In this document: one piece after another, positions 40,778-50,888 of the stretch
Numbering within the stretch: position 1 is the first letter of the stretch
How the letters are laid out: each line of letters opens with the position of its first letter
IMG/VR virus record: IMGVR_UViG_3300025011_000019
Coordinates: 1-64,000 of that record
Direction: 5' to 3' (one strand)
Length of the DNA stretch: 64,000 bases
DNA from: a virus
Made by a program: the position numbers and the translations under genes
Notes under the pieces: generated by a model
The model's database searches: none
What the model saw: the letters and a program-made list of their open reading frames with translations, nothing else
Told to the model about the DNA's origin: nothing

Positions 40778-41944
40778 ATGAAAGTATACAAATGTTTTAC
40801 ATCAGATTTCCAAGACCTAGAAAAGAAAATTAAGCGCATCACTAAAAAACTCGACAAGAACTCCCTCAAATGGTCTTTCGAAGTCCTTGGAGAATCAGGC
40901 GAAGAAGTTAGAGTTATTGACTATGTTAACCGCGATAATATACCATCTTGGCAATTCAGCCCTAAAGATTGTGGAATGGTTGTAGTCGATGTTACCTTAT
41001 ACACTTTTGAAATGGAATCACTAAAATTAGGCGAATTTGAAGTTCTGGCAGTAATTGAACATAATGCGGTTGAAGGCTCAAACGAAAATATCATACACGT
41101 TATCAAGGAAAATGCTTCAATCCCTGTTGAATATCGAACAGTAAAAAGTCACTGTCAACATTGCAATTCTGACAGAAAGAGAAACAAAACAGTCCTTCTG
41201 ATTAATTCAGAAAATGAAATTATCCAAGTTGGCAGCACTTGCATAAAAGAGTATACAGGGATTGACGGACTAAGCATCATAGGTAATTATCAAGACATAC
41301 ACGACATTTGTATTGAAGAACCTGCAATGGATTATGATAACCTCGGAAAACAATCTAAGTATTTAAAAACTCTTGATTATCTTACAAATTGTCTAAACTT
41401 GATTAACTCAGAAGGGTACAAAAAGGAAGAAACTAAAAACGAAGCTTGGGATCTAACCAAAAAATCTGGCAAAAATGAAAAATATGAAGTAATGGCCCAG
41501 GAAGTTATAACCTACTTCAAAAGCAAAGAGTTCAAAGAGTATGAAACATTCCAAAACAATATCAAAATATATCTTAGTAATGAGTACACCAAAATAAACG
41601 GAATTGTGGCCTATGCTTATGTAACTTATCAAAAGGAAATTGAAAAGGATATCAAAAGAGCAAAGGAAAACGAAGGTAAAAAAGATTCCAATTACGTTGG
41701 AGAAGTCAGTGAAAAAATTCAAACTGAATTAACCTATATGAATTCATATTCTTTTGATACCGAATGGGGAACCTCCTATATTCATAAATTTTTAGATCAA
41801 AATGGAAATATTTTTGTATGGAAGTCCTCAAATTCAGTAAGAGCGGATCAAGGTGAAGTTGTTAAAATCAAAGGTACAATTAAAGATCATTCCGAATACG
41901 CAGGAGCGAAGCAGACAATTTTAACTAGATGTAAAATAGCTTGA
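40778..41944 (+). CDS. Zn-finger plus C-terminal OB-fold-like protein
   Basis: CQHC...QVGSTC; KGTIKDHSEYAGAKQTILTR; AAGGAGG SD. Confidence 0.7.
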   Translation: MKVYKCFTSDFQDLEKKIKRITKKLDKNSLKWSFEVLGESGEEVRVIDYVNRDNIPSWQFSPKDCGMVVVDVTLYTFEMESLKLGEFEVLAVIEHNAVEGSNENIIHVIKENASIPVEYRTVKSHCQHCNSDRKRNKTVLLINSENEIIQVGSTCIKEYTGIDGLSIIGNYQDIHDICIEEPAMDYDNLGKQSKYLKTLDYLTNCLNLINSEGYKKEETKNEAWDLTKKSGKNEKYEVMAQEVITYFKSKEFKEYETFQNNIKIYLSNEYTKINGIVAYAYVTYQKEIEKDIKRAKENEGKKDSNYVGEVSEKIQTELTYMNSYSFDTEWGTSYIHKFLDQNGNIFVWKSSNSVRADQGEVVKIKGTIKDHSEYAGAKQTILTRCKIA

Positions 41945-42249
41945 AGGGATACTAAAGACTAGGCAAAAACCTAGTCTTTTTCTTTTATCTAAATATAAAA
42001 TATAATAAAATTACTCCTTCCGGCTCCCACTAATCCAAACACCTCGCACAGAATGCCACCTATAAGCCCTCAGAATCTATACCCCTATATAATTGCACTT
42101 TAACACGTTTTAAACTTGTTAAAATCAAAATGCAGGTATAAGGTCTATAAATTATAAAATAATTTTTCTGTATAACTTCTATTTTCCTTTATTCTATGAT
42201 ATACTTAATAAAATTAAATATATTGGAATTTGAAAGGAGAAAACTACAT

Positions 42250-42702
42250 ATGAAAAACTTAAAATCTGGAATGATTGTCAAGCACAATAACGAATTATGC
42301 AAACTGTCCAGGGGTGCCGAAAAGAAATTATACTTCGTTCCTGCTAAATATTATGTGCAATCATGGGAGGATTTAGAGGTAGCCTCTGAGGAAAATACTC
42401 AAGATACTACCCACGATGAAAAAGTAGAATTCCTCAAAAATGATTTTACATGGGGCGAAGTAGTTAAGACTTATACTATTGGAGAATATGTTGTCTTTGA
42501 ATATATAGATGGTTACGATCTAGAGCATGAAAAAGTAAAAAACATCAGATTCCACGCTCTAATCAATTATCAAACTGTTAGTATCTCATATCATTCTTTA
42601 GATTCCTGCTTAGTTGGCACAATCGCATATAAATTTGATGGAGCGAACTCTCAAGCAGCAGGTTACTTTGAAAAAATGATTGGAATGAAAGGAGCAAAAT
42701 AA
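42250..42702 (+). CDS. Hypothetical protein
   Basis: AAAGGAG SD. Confidence 0.7.
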   Translation: MKNLKSGMIVKHNNELCKLSRGAEKKLYFVPAKYYVQSWEDLEVASEENTQDTTHDEKVEFLKNDFTWGEVVKTYTIGEYVVFEYIDGYDLEHEKVKNIRFHALINYQTVSISYHSLDSCLVGTIAYKFDGANSQAAGYFEKMIGMKGAK

Positions 42703-42831
42703 ATGAATTACAACAAAACTCAAAAACGAGTCCTGCGCTACAGATTAGCACAAAAAATGGACGTTTGTTGTTGGCCTACAAATCAATGGGGAATATCTAG
42801 TATTCCATTTCTTAAAAAAGTAATTAAATAA
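42703..42831 (+). CDS. 42-aa hypothetical protein
   Basis: AAAGGAG SD inside the previous gene; terminator follows. Confidence 0.55.
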   Translation: MNYNKTQKRVLRYRLAQKMDVCCWPTNQWGISSIPFLKKVIK

Positions 42832-42991
42832 AACAAAATTAAGAGCTAACAATTAGCTCTTTTTCTTTTCTCTCCAATCCATTAAAAATCCATTTTTATA
42901 GCATAAATAGAGATATAAAAACCTTGACTTTAAGTCATAAATCGTTATACTTATATTATAAATTGTTTCAAATTTGAAGGGAGTTTTTCAA

Positions 42992-43144
42992 ATGAAATAC
43001 GAAGTAACTAAAAAATTCATCGGCGGGATCTTAAAGGGATTAAATCACACTAGCATTACCTCAGTAAAATTCGAAGTTGGATTCACCTGTAGGGATTCAA
43101 TCGGAGGCAGTCCTTATAAAATAATTTCCTGTAATCCAGTGTAA
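42992..43144 (+). CDS. 50-aa hypothetical protein
   Basis: MKYEVTKKFIGGILKGL; TTGACT/TATACT promoter, SD, terminator. Confidence 0.7.
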   Translation: MKYEVTKKFIGGILKGLNHTSITSVKFEVGFTCRDSIGGSPYKIISCNPV

Positions 43145-43198
43145 ACTAAAAAGGAAGGGTAAAACCTTCCTTTAATAATTTGAAGGAGTGATAAACAA

Positions 43199-43546
43199 AT
43201 GTTTAAACCAGTAACAACCAAACAAACTAATAAAATGTCTCAAAACTATAAAAAATTCATTTCTACACTATTCGGAGTTGAGGCAATCGGAGCCACAAAG
43301 CAAGAAGCTGAACAAAATTTATATGATCTCATTAACTGGAATACAAAGCAATTCAGAAAATACTTTCAGCATGAAAATATAATTGCTATATTATCAAATA
43401 GTCCTTACGATCTTAATCAATATCATTATTCTTATATTCGAGAAGGAAGGGAGTCGGGAACAACCATATTCGATGCAATAAGCGACAAGGAAGCAATAAA
43501 TAAAGCTCAGAGATATTTTGATGAATACATAGGATGTTCAAATTAA
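43199..43546 (+). CDS. Hypothetical protein
   Basis: AAGGAG SD, terminator. Confidence 0.7.
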   Translation: MFKPVTTKQTNKMSQNYKKFISTLFGVEAIGATKQEAEQNLYDLINWNTKQFRKYFQHENIIAILSNSPYDLNQYHYSYIREGRESGTTIFDAISDKEAINKAQRYFDEYIGCSN

Positions 43547-43717
43547 GACTCTTAGGAGTCTTTTTCTTTGTCTTGCTATAAAGTTTTACCTTAAACATAT
43601 TCTAGTGCCTAAAAAGTGCCATTATGGGCCTTAAAATTAAATATAATTACTATTTGACGTTTATATTTGTTCTATGGTATTATATCAATAAGAAATAAAT
43701 TCAGGAGGTTATTACTT

Positions 43718-44209
43718 ATGAAAAAATATGATTTCGTAAAAATTCCAAACATCGGCGTAGGTAAAATTGAAAACATTTGGGACAACAAAGACGTTGAAGT
43801 TATTATTTGTGGTACTAAATACTATAGGGATTTAACCGAGGATAGGCCAGACATAGGAAACGTTGAACCTGCCACGGAAAAAGAATACATAGAATTTATT
43901 AAATTCATGGTTAAAGAACTAACCGCAAAGTCTAAAAATAAAAGGAGCGAAGCAACAGAATATAATAAGGAAGTTGATGGAGAAGCCACAAAGCGAAAAG
44001 GAAAAGTAAGTGTAATAAATGGTCAGTATGCTTTTGGATTATGTGAGAATTCAATATCTAGTCATCATAGAGAATTATTGTCTGATGCTAAGAAAGCAAA
44101 GGAGTTAAAAGAAAAACTTAAAAAAGAAATTGCATGGTATAAACATAGGGATAAATTAATAAAAGAGGCTGAAAAGGAAAGAAAGAATAGAGAAAAGAAC
44201 GCAGGGTAA
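43718..44209 (+). CDS. Hypothetical protein
   Basis: AGGAGG SD, promoter, terminator. Confidence 0.7.
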   Translation: MKKYDFVKIPNIGVGKIENIWDNKDVEVIICGTKYYRDLTEDRPDIGNVEPATEKEYIEFIKFMVKELTAKSKNKRSEATEYNKEVDGEATKRKGKVSVINGQYAFGLCENSISSHHRELLSDAKKAKELKEKLKKEIAWYKHRDKLIKEAEKERKNREKNAG

Positions 44210-44730
44210 ACCATCTAAAGACTAGAAATAAAATTCTAGTCTTTTTTATGTTCATTCAGCCCGATCAACTCATTTCCCCATTTAAATCCTTGACAAACCA
44301 AAAACACACCCACAAAAACGGCCTTTCCTGCCCTCAGATTGTATTACCCTTTATAATCTTACCTAGTATACCTTTTAAACGTCTCAGAATCAAAATACAT
44401 CAATTATCCCTGCTAATCTAGGCTATTTTATCCAAGATCCCATTCAAATCTAAAAATAATATTAATTATATAGTAATACTGAGCAAACAATAGTAATCAA
44501 TAGATAATGTCATATAATCCACTGTAAATAGGCTAAAACATGGTTATTTGAGAGTATACAATATTATTTTAAGTATGTTATACTTAAGAGTACCATAAAT
44601 ACAAAAATAAATTGAAAGGAGATAGAGAGATTTTAATTAATATTTTTGGTTATACATAAGTAGGTTTTTATTGATAATGGGATAATGGGTTGATAAATAA
44701 AATTATAAAAAGAAAGAGGATGAATAATTA

Positions 44731-45786
44731 ATGCCAAAATTAGTATCTTATGAAGAAAATCACAGAATTAATGAAAATGAAGAATTGGAAAAGTTATGCA
44801 GTAAACATTATATCTATTTCCCTGAAGAAAGTTCTTGGTTTCCTTGTAATGATAAATATTTTAATAAAAATCCAACAAATACTAAAGACGGCTTAAATGG
44901 ACTATGTAAAAAATGTTTAGGTAAAAATAGTAAAAAATACAATAAACCTAAAAAACCTAAAAACATAATACCAGAAAGATTACAACAAACTTATGAAAAT
45001 ATGAGACAAAGATGCTACAATCCTAATGCAAAAAGTTATAAATATTATGGGGATAAAGGAGTTATTATTTGTGATGAATGGTTAAAAGATAGAAAAACTT
45101 TTTATAATTGGGCTTTGTCTAATGGTTATGAAGAAAATCTAACTATTGATAGAAAAGATACTAACGGAAATTACGAACCAAATAATTGTAGATGGATAAC
45201 TCATAAAGAGCAACAAAACAATAAAACAAATAACGTATTTATTGAACACGAAGGGGAAGTAAAAACAGTATCACAATGGAGTGAAGAAACTGGAATTAGT
45301 GGTAACTCTATAAAAGGAAGATATGAGAAAGGGAAAAATATTATGGAAGATTATTTCCACATAAAAATAAGTATAAACGGAGAGATAAAAACACTAATAG
45401 AATTATCGGAAGAATATGAAATACCATATTCAGCAATGTTAGATAGATACCACAAAGGCTGTAGTTCAGAAGATTTAATTAGGGATCTTGAACCAAGAGA
45501 GACTAAACATATAGAAATTAACGGAGAAATACATACGATTACGGAATGGGCCGAAATTTCAGGTCTAACAAGAGAAATAATTATAAATAGAATAGCTTAT
45601 GGATGGAATATAAATGATTTATTAAAACCTAGAACAAGAGAGGGTAGAAAGAAGTATATAGAAATAAATGGGACTAGTCACACAGTTCCAGAATGGTGTG
45701 ATATTATTGGAATAAGTCCTGTTGGAATGTATAATAGAATTAAGAAAGGACTAAAAGGAAATGATTTATTAGCACCAGCAAAGTAA
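44731..45786 (+). CDS. HNH-type homing endonuclease with repeated C-terminal DNA-binding modules
   Basis: MRQRCYNPN...YGDKG..ICDEW...TIDRKDTNGNYEPNNCRW...QQNNK; four I.INGE..T..EW-type repeats. Confidence 0.85.
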   Translation: MPKLVSYEENHRINENEELEKLCSKHYIYFPEESSWFPCNDKYFNKNPTNTKDGLNGLCKKCLGKNSKKYNKPKKPKNIIPERLQQTYENMRQRCYNPNAKSYKYYGDKGVIICDEWLKDRKTFYNWALSNGYEENLTIDRKDTNGNYEPNNCRWITHKEQQNNKTNNVFIEHEGEVKTVSQWSEETGISGNSIKGRYEKGKNIMEDYFHIKISINGEIKTLIELSEEYEIPYSAMLDRYHKGCSSEDLIRDLEPRETKHIEINGEIHTITEWAEISGLTREIIINRIAYGWNINDLLKPRTREGRKKYIEINGTSHTVPEWCDIIGISPVGMYNRIKKGLKGNDLLAPAK

Positions 45787-45912
45787 TTAAATAAAAGACA
45801 AAAAGACTAAGTATAAATATCTAGTCTTTTTGTCTTCAGAAGCTTTAAATTGTTTATAAAATATCTACAATAAAATAGGACTCCATAAACAAGTAATATA
45901 TAAAAGTTTTCC

Positions 45913-45941
45913 TTGACTTATTTAGTTCATTACTATAAAAT
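45913..45941 (+). promoter_or_regulatory. Sigma-A promoter of the long early transcript
   Basis: TTGACT-17-TAAAAT. Confidence 0.65.
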
Positions 45942-46106
45942 AGGGAACATAAGAGGGAGCAAACAAAAACCTCTTAGCACTTAGAAAAGTCAACTATTCA
46001 CTTGAATCGAAAAATAAATGTACATAAGGAGGGCCAACAATCACAAAGTATCTTGTGGCGTGACTAGGAAAACAACCTAGCATGAATTCTTTAAAAAGAG
46101 TTGAGA

Positions 46107-46124
46107 TGATCTTTGAAAACTGAA
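46107..46124 (+). promoter_or_regulatory. rRNA-operon-type boxA antitermination-like element
   Basis: TGATCTTTGAAAACTGAA in a ~540-nt ORF-free leader, preceded by the hairpin CTAGG-AAAACAA-CCTAG. Confidence 0.6.
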
Positions 46125-46489
46125 TTAAGAGACTAGCCAGCCAACACTTGTCAAATAACATACATTAGAGTATTCTATCTTAGAATATCCTCTGAGGGTT
46201 ATAATCAAGAACGTGGTAAAAAATTCGAGTGCGATATGGGCTAGTATAAATTTCTTTTATCTTATCTAATTCTCTATCCTTTCTAAATTCTAGCATATGG
46301 GATATTCCCTCTATATCAAAATTTTCTTAACAGCGTCCCTTAGTCGAATGATGATCTAAGACAGCCAAAAGAAAATAAAGATACACGGAATACAAAATAT
46401 GTTAGATTTTATAAAGGATAGAGGAAAGGATAAAAACATTCTAGGGATATGCTCCTGTTAGTGCCTACTCAAAAGGAGTATGATAATTT

Positions 46490-46765
46490 ATGATAGCTTT
46501 AATTTCTTCTGATTATATCGTTAAAAATCACTTCGAGGAAATTGTGGATAATTTTCCTCAATTAAAGGTATTCAATACTAACGATGAAATAATCAGAAAC
46601 GAAGAAAATTATAACCAATTCGATCAAATTTGTTTTTGTAATTTCGAAATAACAGCCTACACTTCTATGAAAATTTCGAAATATGCTCCAGAAAAGAAAA
46701 TACAATTTTCTGATTTATACAGTTTGAAAAATTATCTTTGCAAATTAAAAAACATTCTTAACTAA
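46490..46765 (+). CDS. Hypothetical protein enclosed by a 24-bp stem
   Basis: AAAGGAG SD. Confidence 0.7.
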   Translation: MIALISSDYIVKNHFEEIVDNFPQLKVFNTNDEIIRNEENYNQFDQICFCNFEITAYTSMKISKYAPEKKIQFSDLYSLKNYLCKLKNILN

Positions 46766-47049
46766 AAATTAAAATGTAGGCATTAACAAAAGCATATCCC
46801 TTAAGCAAAAAAAGAGAGAATTAACCTAAAACATTCTACTAAATCCCTTCAGTTTATTCATTATTACTATTTAATCATAACAATTGCTTTAAACTTGCAT
46901 AACAAAATTAAAATGCAGGTTGTTGTAATTTAATGCTAAATTGTCTATGCTATAGGCTGAAGGGATTGAATTTTCCATAAGGTGTGAGCTTATAACAATT
47001 GGAGTTTAGACCTTGTGCAAAAATTTAAGAATGAAAGAGGTTGTGTAAA

Positions 47050-47238
47050 ATGGCAAAGGTAAGAGAATTAAAACTTTACACTTTAGAAACTACTAATTAT
47101 CTCGCAGTGGTAGAAGCTCATACAAAAGCTGAAGCCATCGAAAAAAGTGATTTCACAAAAAGTCAAGTAATTGTCAGGGAGGCCACGGAAGAAGATATAA
47201 ACTATTTAAAAGCAATGGGAGGGTATATAGTTAGGTAA
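47050..47238 (+). CDS. Hypothetical protein
   Basis: AAAGAGG SD. Confidence 0.65.
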   Translation: MAKVRELKLYTLETTNYLAVVEAHTKAEAIEKSDFTKSQVIVREATEEDINYLKAMGGYIVR

Positions 47239-47382
47239 AATCATAATCCATTAAAAAAGACAATTTATGGGAAATGAAGTGCTTTATAATACTGGATTAT
47301 AGAGCACTTTGAATTTTATTAAACTATGTACTAAGCAAAAATAATTAGTTTGTATTTTAGTAAAATAAAAGGAGTGGTCAGA

Positions 47383-47637
47383 ATGACAAAAGATACCATT
47401 CAGGCACTAAATGAAAACAAACGATTCACTATAACCATGATGAATAAAAATGGTTATACAGTCATGAGAAAATTTTCTACCATTCAATCCTGCAAGACCT
47501 TTGCAAAACATTTTCCTTTGTCTGTATTCTTCGCTTGGATTTATGACAAGTCAAAGGACGCTATAATAATGCAAAATAATTATAGCGACAAGTTATATAA
47601 ATGTAACGAAGAATCATTTATTCCTTATTGGTGTTAG
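47383..47637 (+). CDS. Hypothetical protein
   Basis: AAAGGAG SD. Confidence 0.65.
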   Translation: MTKDTIQALNENKRFTITMMNKNGYTVMRKFSTIQSCKTFAKHFPLSVFFAWIYDKSKDAIIMQNNYSDKLYKCNEESFIPYWC

Positions 47638-47731
47638 CCCCTTAAAGTTTGTTTGCCTCTAGCAACAAAATCAAAATAACAGCATAAAAATTTTGTTGCT
47701 AGTGTCGAGTAAATTAGAAGGAGTGGTTAAA

Positions 47732-48955
47732 ATGGCAAGAAGAAAACCAACCACAATGTCATGGAATATCAAGCAAATTAACACTATGATCAATAAGGGA
47801 ACAATCCTCTTTACTCATCCTTTACAACGTCCTACGGGCCAATGGGAGCAAGCAGACAAATCCTTATTAGTTGATTCTCTTTTAACCCTCTATTGTCCAG
47901 ATTGTTTCGCCATCAAGGAAAAGACAGAGAATGGAAATACATACAGCATCATTGATGGTCTTCAAAGGTTATCGACTATTCATGAACTTCTAGCAGACAA
48001 ATTAACTATGACAGAATTAGAAGACTTTTGCCTAGACGCTACCGGAAATGAAGTCTATAACATTTCAGGCAAAACATGGTCACAATTTCCCGAAGAAGTT
48101 CAAAACGAAATAATGGGTTATACTTTAGGTCTTAAAGTTTTTGAAATCGAAGAGGGAGACGACGAAGAGTCAATCATTGAAGAAATCTTTTACCGCCTTA
48201 ATAACGGTAAAGGAATGTCACTAGAGCATAAAGCACTAGTAAAAGCTAGTCATAAGGTGCAAAAGTTTGTTCACAGAATTGCGACAGAACACAAATTATT
48301 CACCAACAGTGCAAAGTATTCTGAAAAAGCGGTTAAAAAATCAGATATTCCAATGACCATTATGCAAGCAATTCTTCTTATCTCAAGGTTAGATTATCCT
48401 AGCCTAGCAGCAAAGGACATTGAACTGGTATTCTCAAAGAATGAAATAACAGATCAAGTCCTAGCACTTGTGGAAAAATCCTTTGACTTAATTGCTACAG
48501 CATTTCCAGAACAGCATAAATTTGTTACAAAAATCAACATTGTTTCAATGGCCTATTTGTTTGCTAATAGTCTTAATCATGATCAAACAATTGTTAATCT
48601 TTTGAGATATGTTAATCAAGAGATTAAACCAGGGGACGCTTATAAAGGATATACTGGCTCTGGTAATGTTAAAAAAGAAAAAACCATTAATAGACTTAAA
48701 GGTATTCTTAAATTATGCGGTGTTAATGACATTGGATTACCGATAGTGGAAGAAGTCGAAGTTGAGCAAAAATTAGAACAAGAAATAATTGTTGAAGAAC
48801 AACCGCAACAAACTGAAAACCTTGATTCTGCTATAACAGTGACCCCAGAAGAGTTCAGCGAAAATCAAGAAGAGCAACCGGAAGAAAATGAAACATCAGA
48901 CCAAAACCAAGAAGATGCTCAAGCAATTCTAAACATCATTGACAATGTTGCTTAA
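47732..48955 (+). CDS. DUF262 (ParB/GmrS-like) domain protein with acidic tail
   Basis: LQR..GQW, SLLVDSLL, IIDGLQRL, IFYRLNNG. Confidence 0.85.
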   Translation: MARRKPTTMSWNIKQINTMINKGTILFTHPLQRPTGQWEQADKSLLVDSLLTLYCPDCFAIKEKTENGNTYSIIDGLQRLSTIHELLADKLTMTELEDFCLDATGNEVYNISGKTWSQFPEEVQNEIMGYTLGLKVFEIEEGDDEESIIEEIFYRLNNGKGMSLEHKALVKASHKVQKFVHRIATEHKLFTNSAKYSEKAVKKSDIPMTIMQAILLISRLDYPSLAAKDIELVFSKNEITDQVLALVEKSFDLIATAFPEQHKFVTKINIVSMAYLFANSLNHDQTIVNLLRYVNQEIKPGDAYKGYTGSGNVKKEKTINRLKGILKLCGVNDIGLPIVEEVEVEQKLEQEIIVEEQPQQTENLDSAITVTPEEFSENQEEQPEENETSDQNQEDAQAILNIIDNVA

Positions 48956-49054
48956 TCATTAAATAATTGTATCTGGAAGCTAGACAATAACAATGTTAAC
49001 TTGCTATTGTCTAGCATTCGAGGTAAAGTTATTATATTCAAAGGAGGTCAAACA

Positions 49055-49363
49055 ATGCAATTCTTAACCCACTACGAGCGTTATAACGTGTCAAAATGGG
49101 AGCAACGTCAAATCATGCCACAATCTAATTTTATAGCCTTAAACAATTCATTTATGAACCACAATTCTTCTCTAATCGGTTTCCAAATTGAACATGAAGA
49201 AAAACGAGTACATTATTCAGTTAGTAATATGTTTCTCGAAAGGTTGCAAGCTCAATTCCCTGATAACTGGCTTGATATTCTAAATGACGGTATGGTTTAT
49301 GAGTTCAAACAGTGGGAGCGTGGTATTTATTCTAATATGTATCAAGAGGGATTTTTTAGTTAG
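49055..49363 (+). CDS. Hypothetical protein
   Basis: AAGGAGG SD. Confidence 0.7.
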   Translation: MQFLTHYERYNVSKWEQRQIMPQSNFIALNNSFMNHNSSLIGFQIEHEEKRVHYSVSNMFLERLQAQFPDNWLDILNDGMVYEFKQWERGIYSNMYQEGFFS

Positions 49364-49536
49364 TAAAATACATTACCTAAACTAAAAAATAATTATTTAG
49401 AGAATTAGCCTTAATTCTCTTCTAAGTTCATGAAAAAAGTGATATAATATATATCATAAGGCTATGAAATTAGAAGGCAATTGTGGAAAATATCTATAAC
49501 AGTTGGCCTAGAATAAATCAAAGGAGCGTGTATATT

Positions 49537-49932
49537 ATGCAAAAAGTAACTGAAGCAGAATTCCAAAACCTTTTAAACCAAAATAACTATTCTTTAAAAG
49601 GTCTTGAAAATTATGAAATTGTTCCAGACTTCACACCTGTCGGAAACAAAATTATTGATTCATGTTTACATTCAAGGGTTAAAGATTGTGGAAGTACATT
49701 ATACTTTGGAGGCTATACTAATTCAGGTTGTTACTCATTCCAAATTATGGTCAATAAATCCTATAACACGACTGCACTATTCGTTGACGGATACAGGGCA
49801 GTATTGACTGACAATGATTCCCATAACATTTACACTTATTGCGAAGGTGATATTTCTGTTGAATCGTTCGGAAGTATCGAAGAATATCAAGTAGGAATTG
49901 CTGAAGCACTAGAATTTTATGAGGTTAATTAA
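49537..49932 (+). CDS. Hypothetical protein
   Basis: AAGGAG SD; TYCEGDI motif. Confidence 0.7.
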   Translation: MQKVTEAEFQNLLNQNNYSLKGLENYEIVPDFTPVGNKIIDSCLHSRVKDCGSTLYFGGYTNSGCYSFQIMVNKSYNTTALFVDGYRAVLTDNDSHNIYTYCEGDISVESFGSIEEYQVGIAEALEFYEVN

Positions 49933-49952
49933 TAAAGGAGAGTGGACGCTAA

Positions 49953-50201
49953 ATGATCACAATTATTAAATTAACCCATACCCTAGATGAAATCAAACCT
50001 AAATTTGATAACTGGAATGAACTTTCCAAAACTCAAAGAGATTTTCTTGAATCCTATAACGAATTCAGAATAACAAATTATGGTCAAGAAATGCTAGTAT
50101 ATGAAGGAAGACAAATTATTGCTAGTTGTTCAACATCAATAACTTATCATGATAAAATAGTTATTGACAGCATATGGACAAAAGAAGGTAAAATATTATA
50201 A
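49953..50201 (+). CDS. Hypothetical protein
   Basis: AAAGGAG SD. Confidence 0.65.
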   Translation: MITIIKLTHTLDEIKPKFDNWNELSKTQRDFLESYNEFRITNYGQEMLVYEGRQIIASCSTSITYHDKIVIDSIWTKEGKIL

Positions 50202-50294
50202 CCATTCTTTATCTCGACAGTGGGCAGGTAACATTATAACAATAACAAATGTTATTTGCCTAGTTTCGAAATTAAGAAAAGGAAGTGTATTTTA

Positions 50295-50537
50295 ATGAAA
50301 AATTTTGTAATTAATAACGTGAATATGATTAAAGAAGATTTTTCGCAAATGATTAACTATGTAGGGTCAAGAGCTATAGCATTGTCCGAAGTAGAAGAAG
50401 GTATTGCAATTAATACTTCTAGCCCTTCAAACGAAAAAGATGTTCATAGTAGTATTGTGTTTTTCTTTGAAAAATGGAATAATGCTTATAAATTAGATTA
50501 TGAAAGGAAAGACATATTGATTACTTGGAGGGAATAA
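50295..50537 (+). CDS. Hypothetical protein
   Basis: AAAGGA SD. Confidence 0.6.
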   Translation: MKNFVINNVNMIKEDFSQMINYVGSRAIALSEVEEGIAINTSSPSNEKDVHSSIVFFFEKWNNAYKLDYERKDILITWRE

Positions 50538-50585
50538 CCCGACCAAACACGAATTTTAAGCTAAATATGAAAGGAAGTTTTTGGA

Positions 50586-50780
50586 ATGTATGAAATTAAT
50601 GTATCTTTAAACGGTTATCATTTATTTGCTACTCATGAAAGGTCTCTAACCAATGAAAATATGTTTAAACATGCGTTAGAAATTTTCAAAGAAAAATTTC
50701 CAGAATCAGAAGGTTATCAAATATCAGCTTCCTTATTGCAACCTAGAACTAGTAAAATATTAGATATTAATAAATTTTAA
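50586..50780 (+). CDS. Small hypothetical protein
   Basis: YEINVSLNGYHLFAT...KFPESEGY. Confidence 0.7.
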   Translation: MYEINVSLNGYHLFATHERSLTNENMFKHALEIFKEKFPESEGYQISASLLQPRTSKILDINKF

Positions 50781-50888
50781 CATGAAATCTAATTTTGATT
50801 GTATGGAAATAGGGCGAAGTGATATAACAATAACAGGACTTCGCCTTGATTCGAGACTATTAAAATTAGAAGGAGAGTGTTTTAGATT

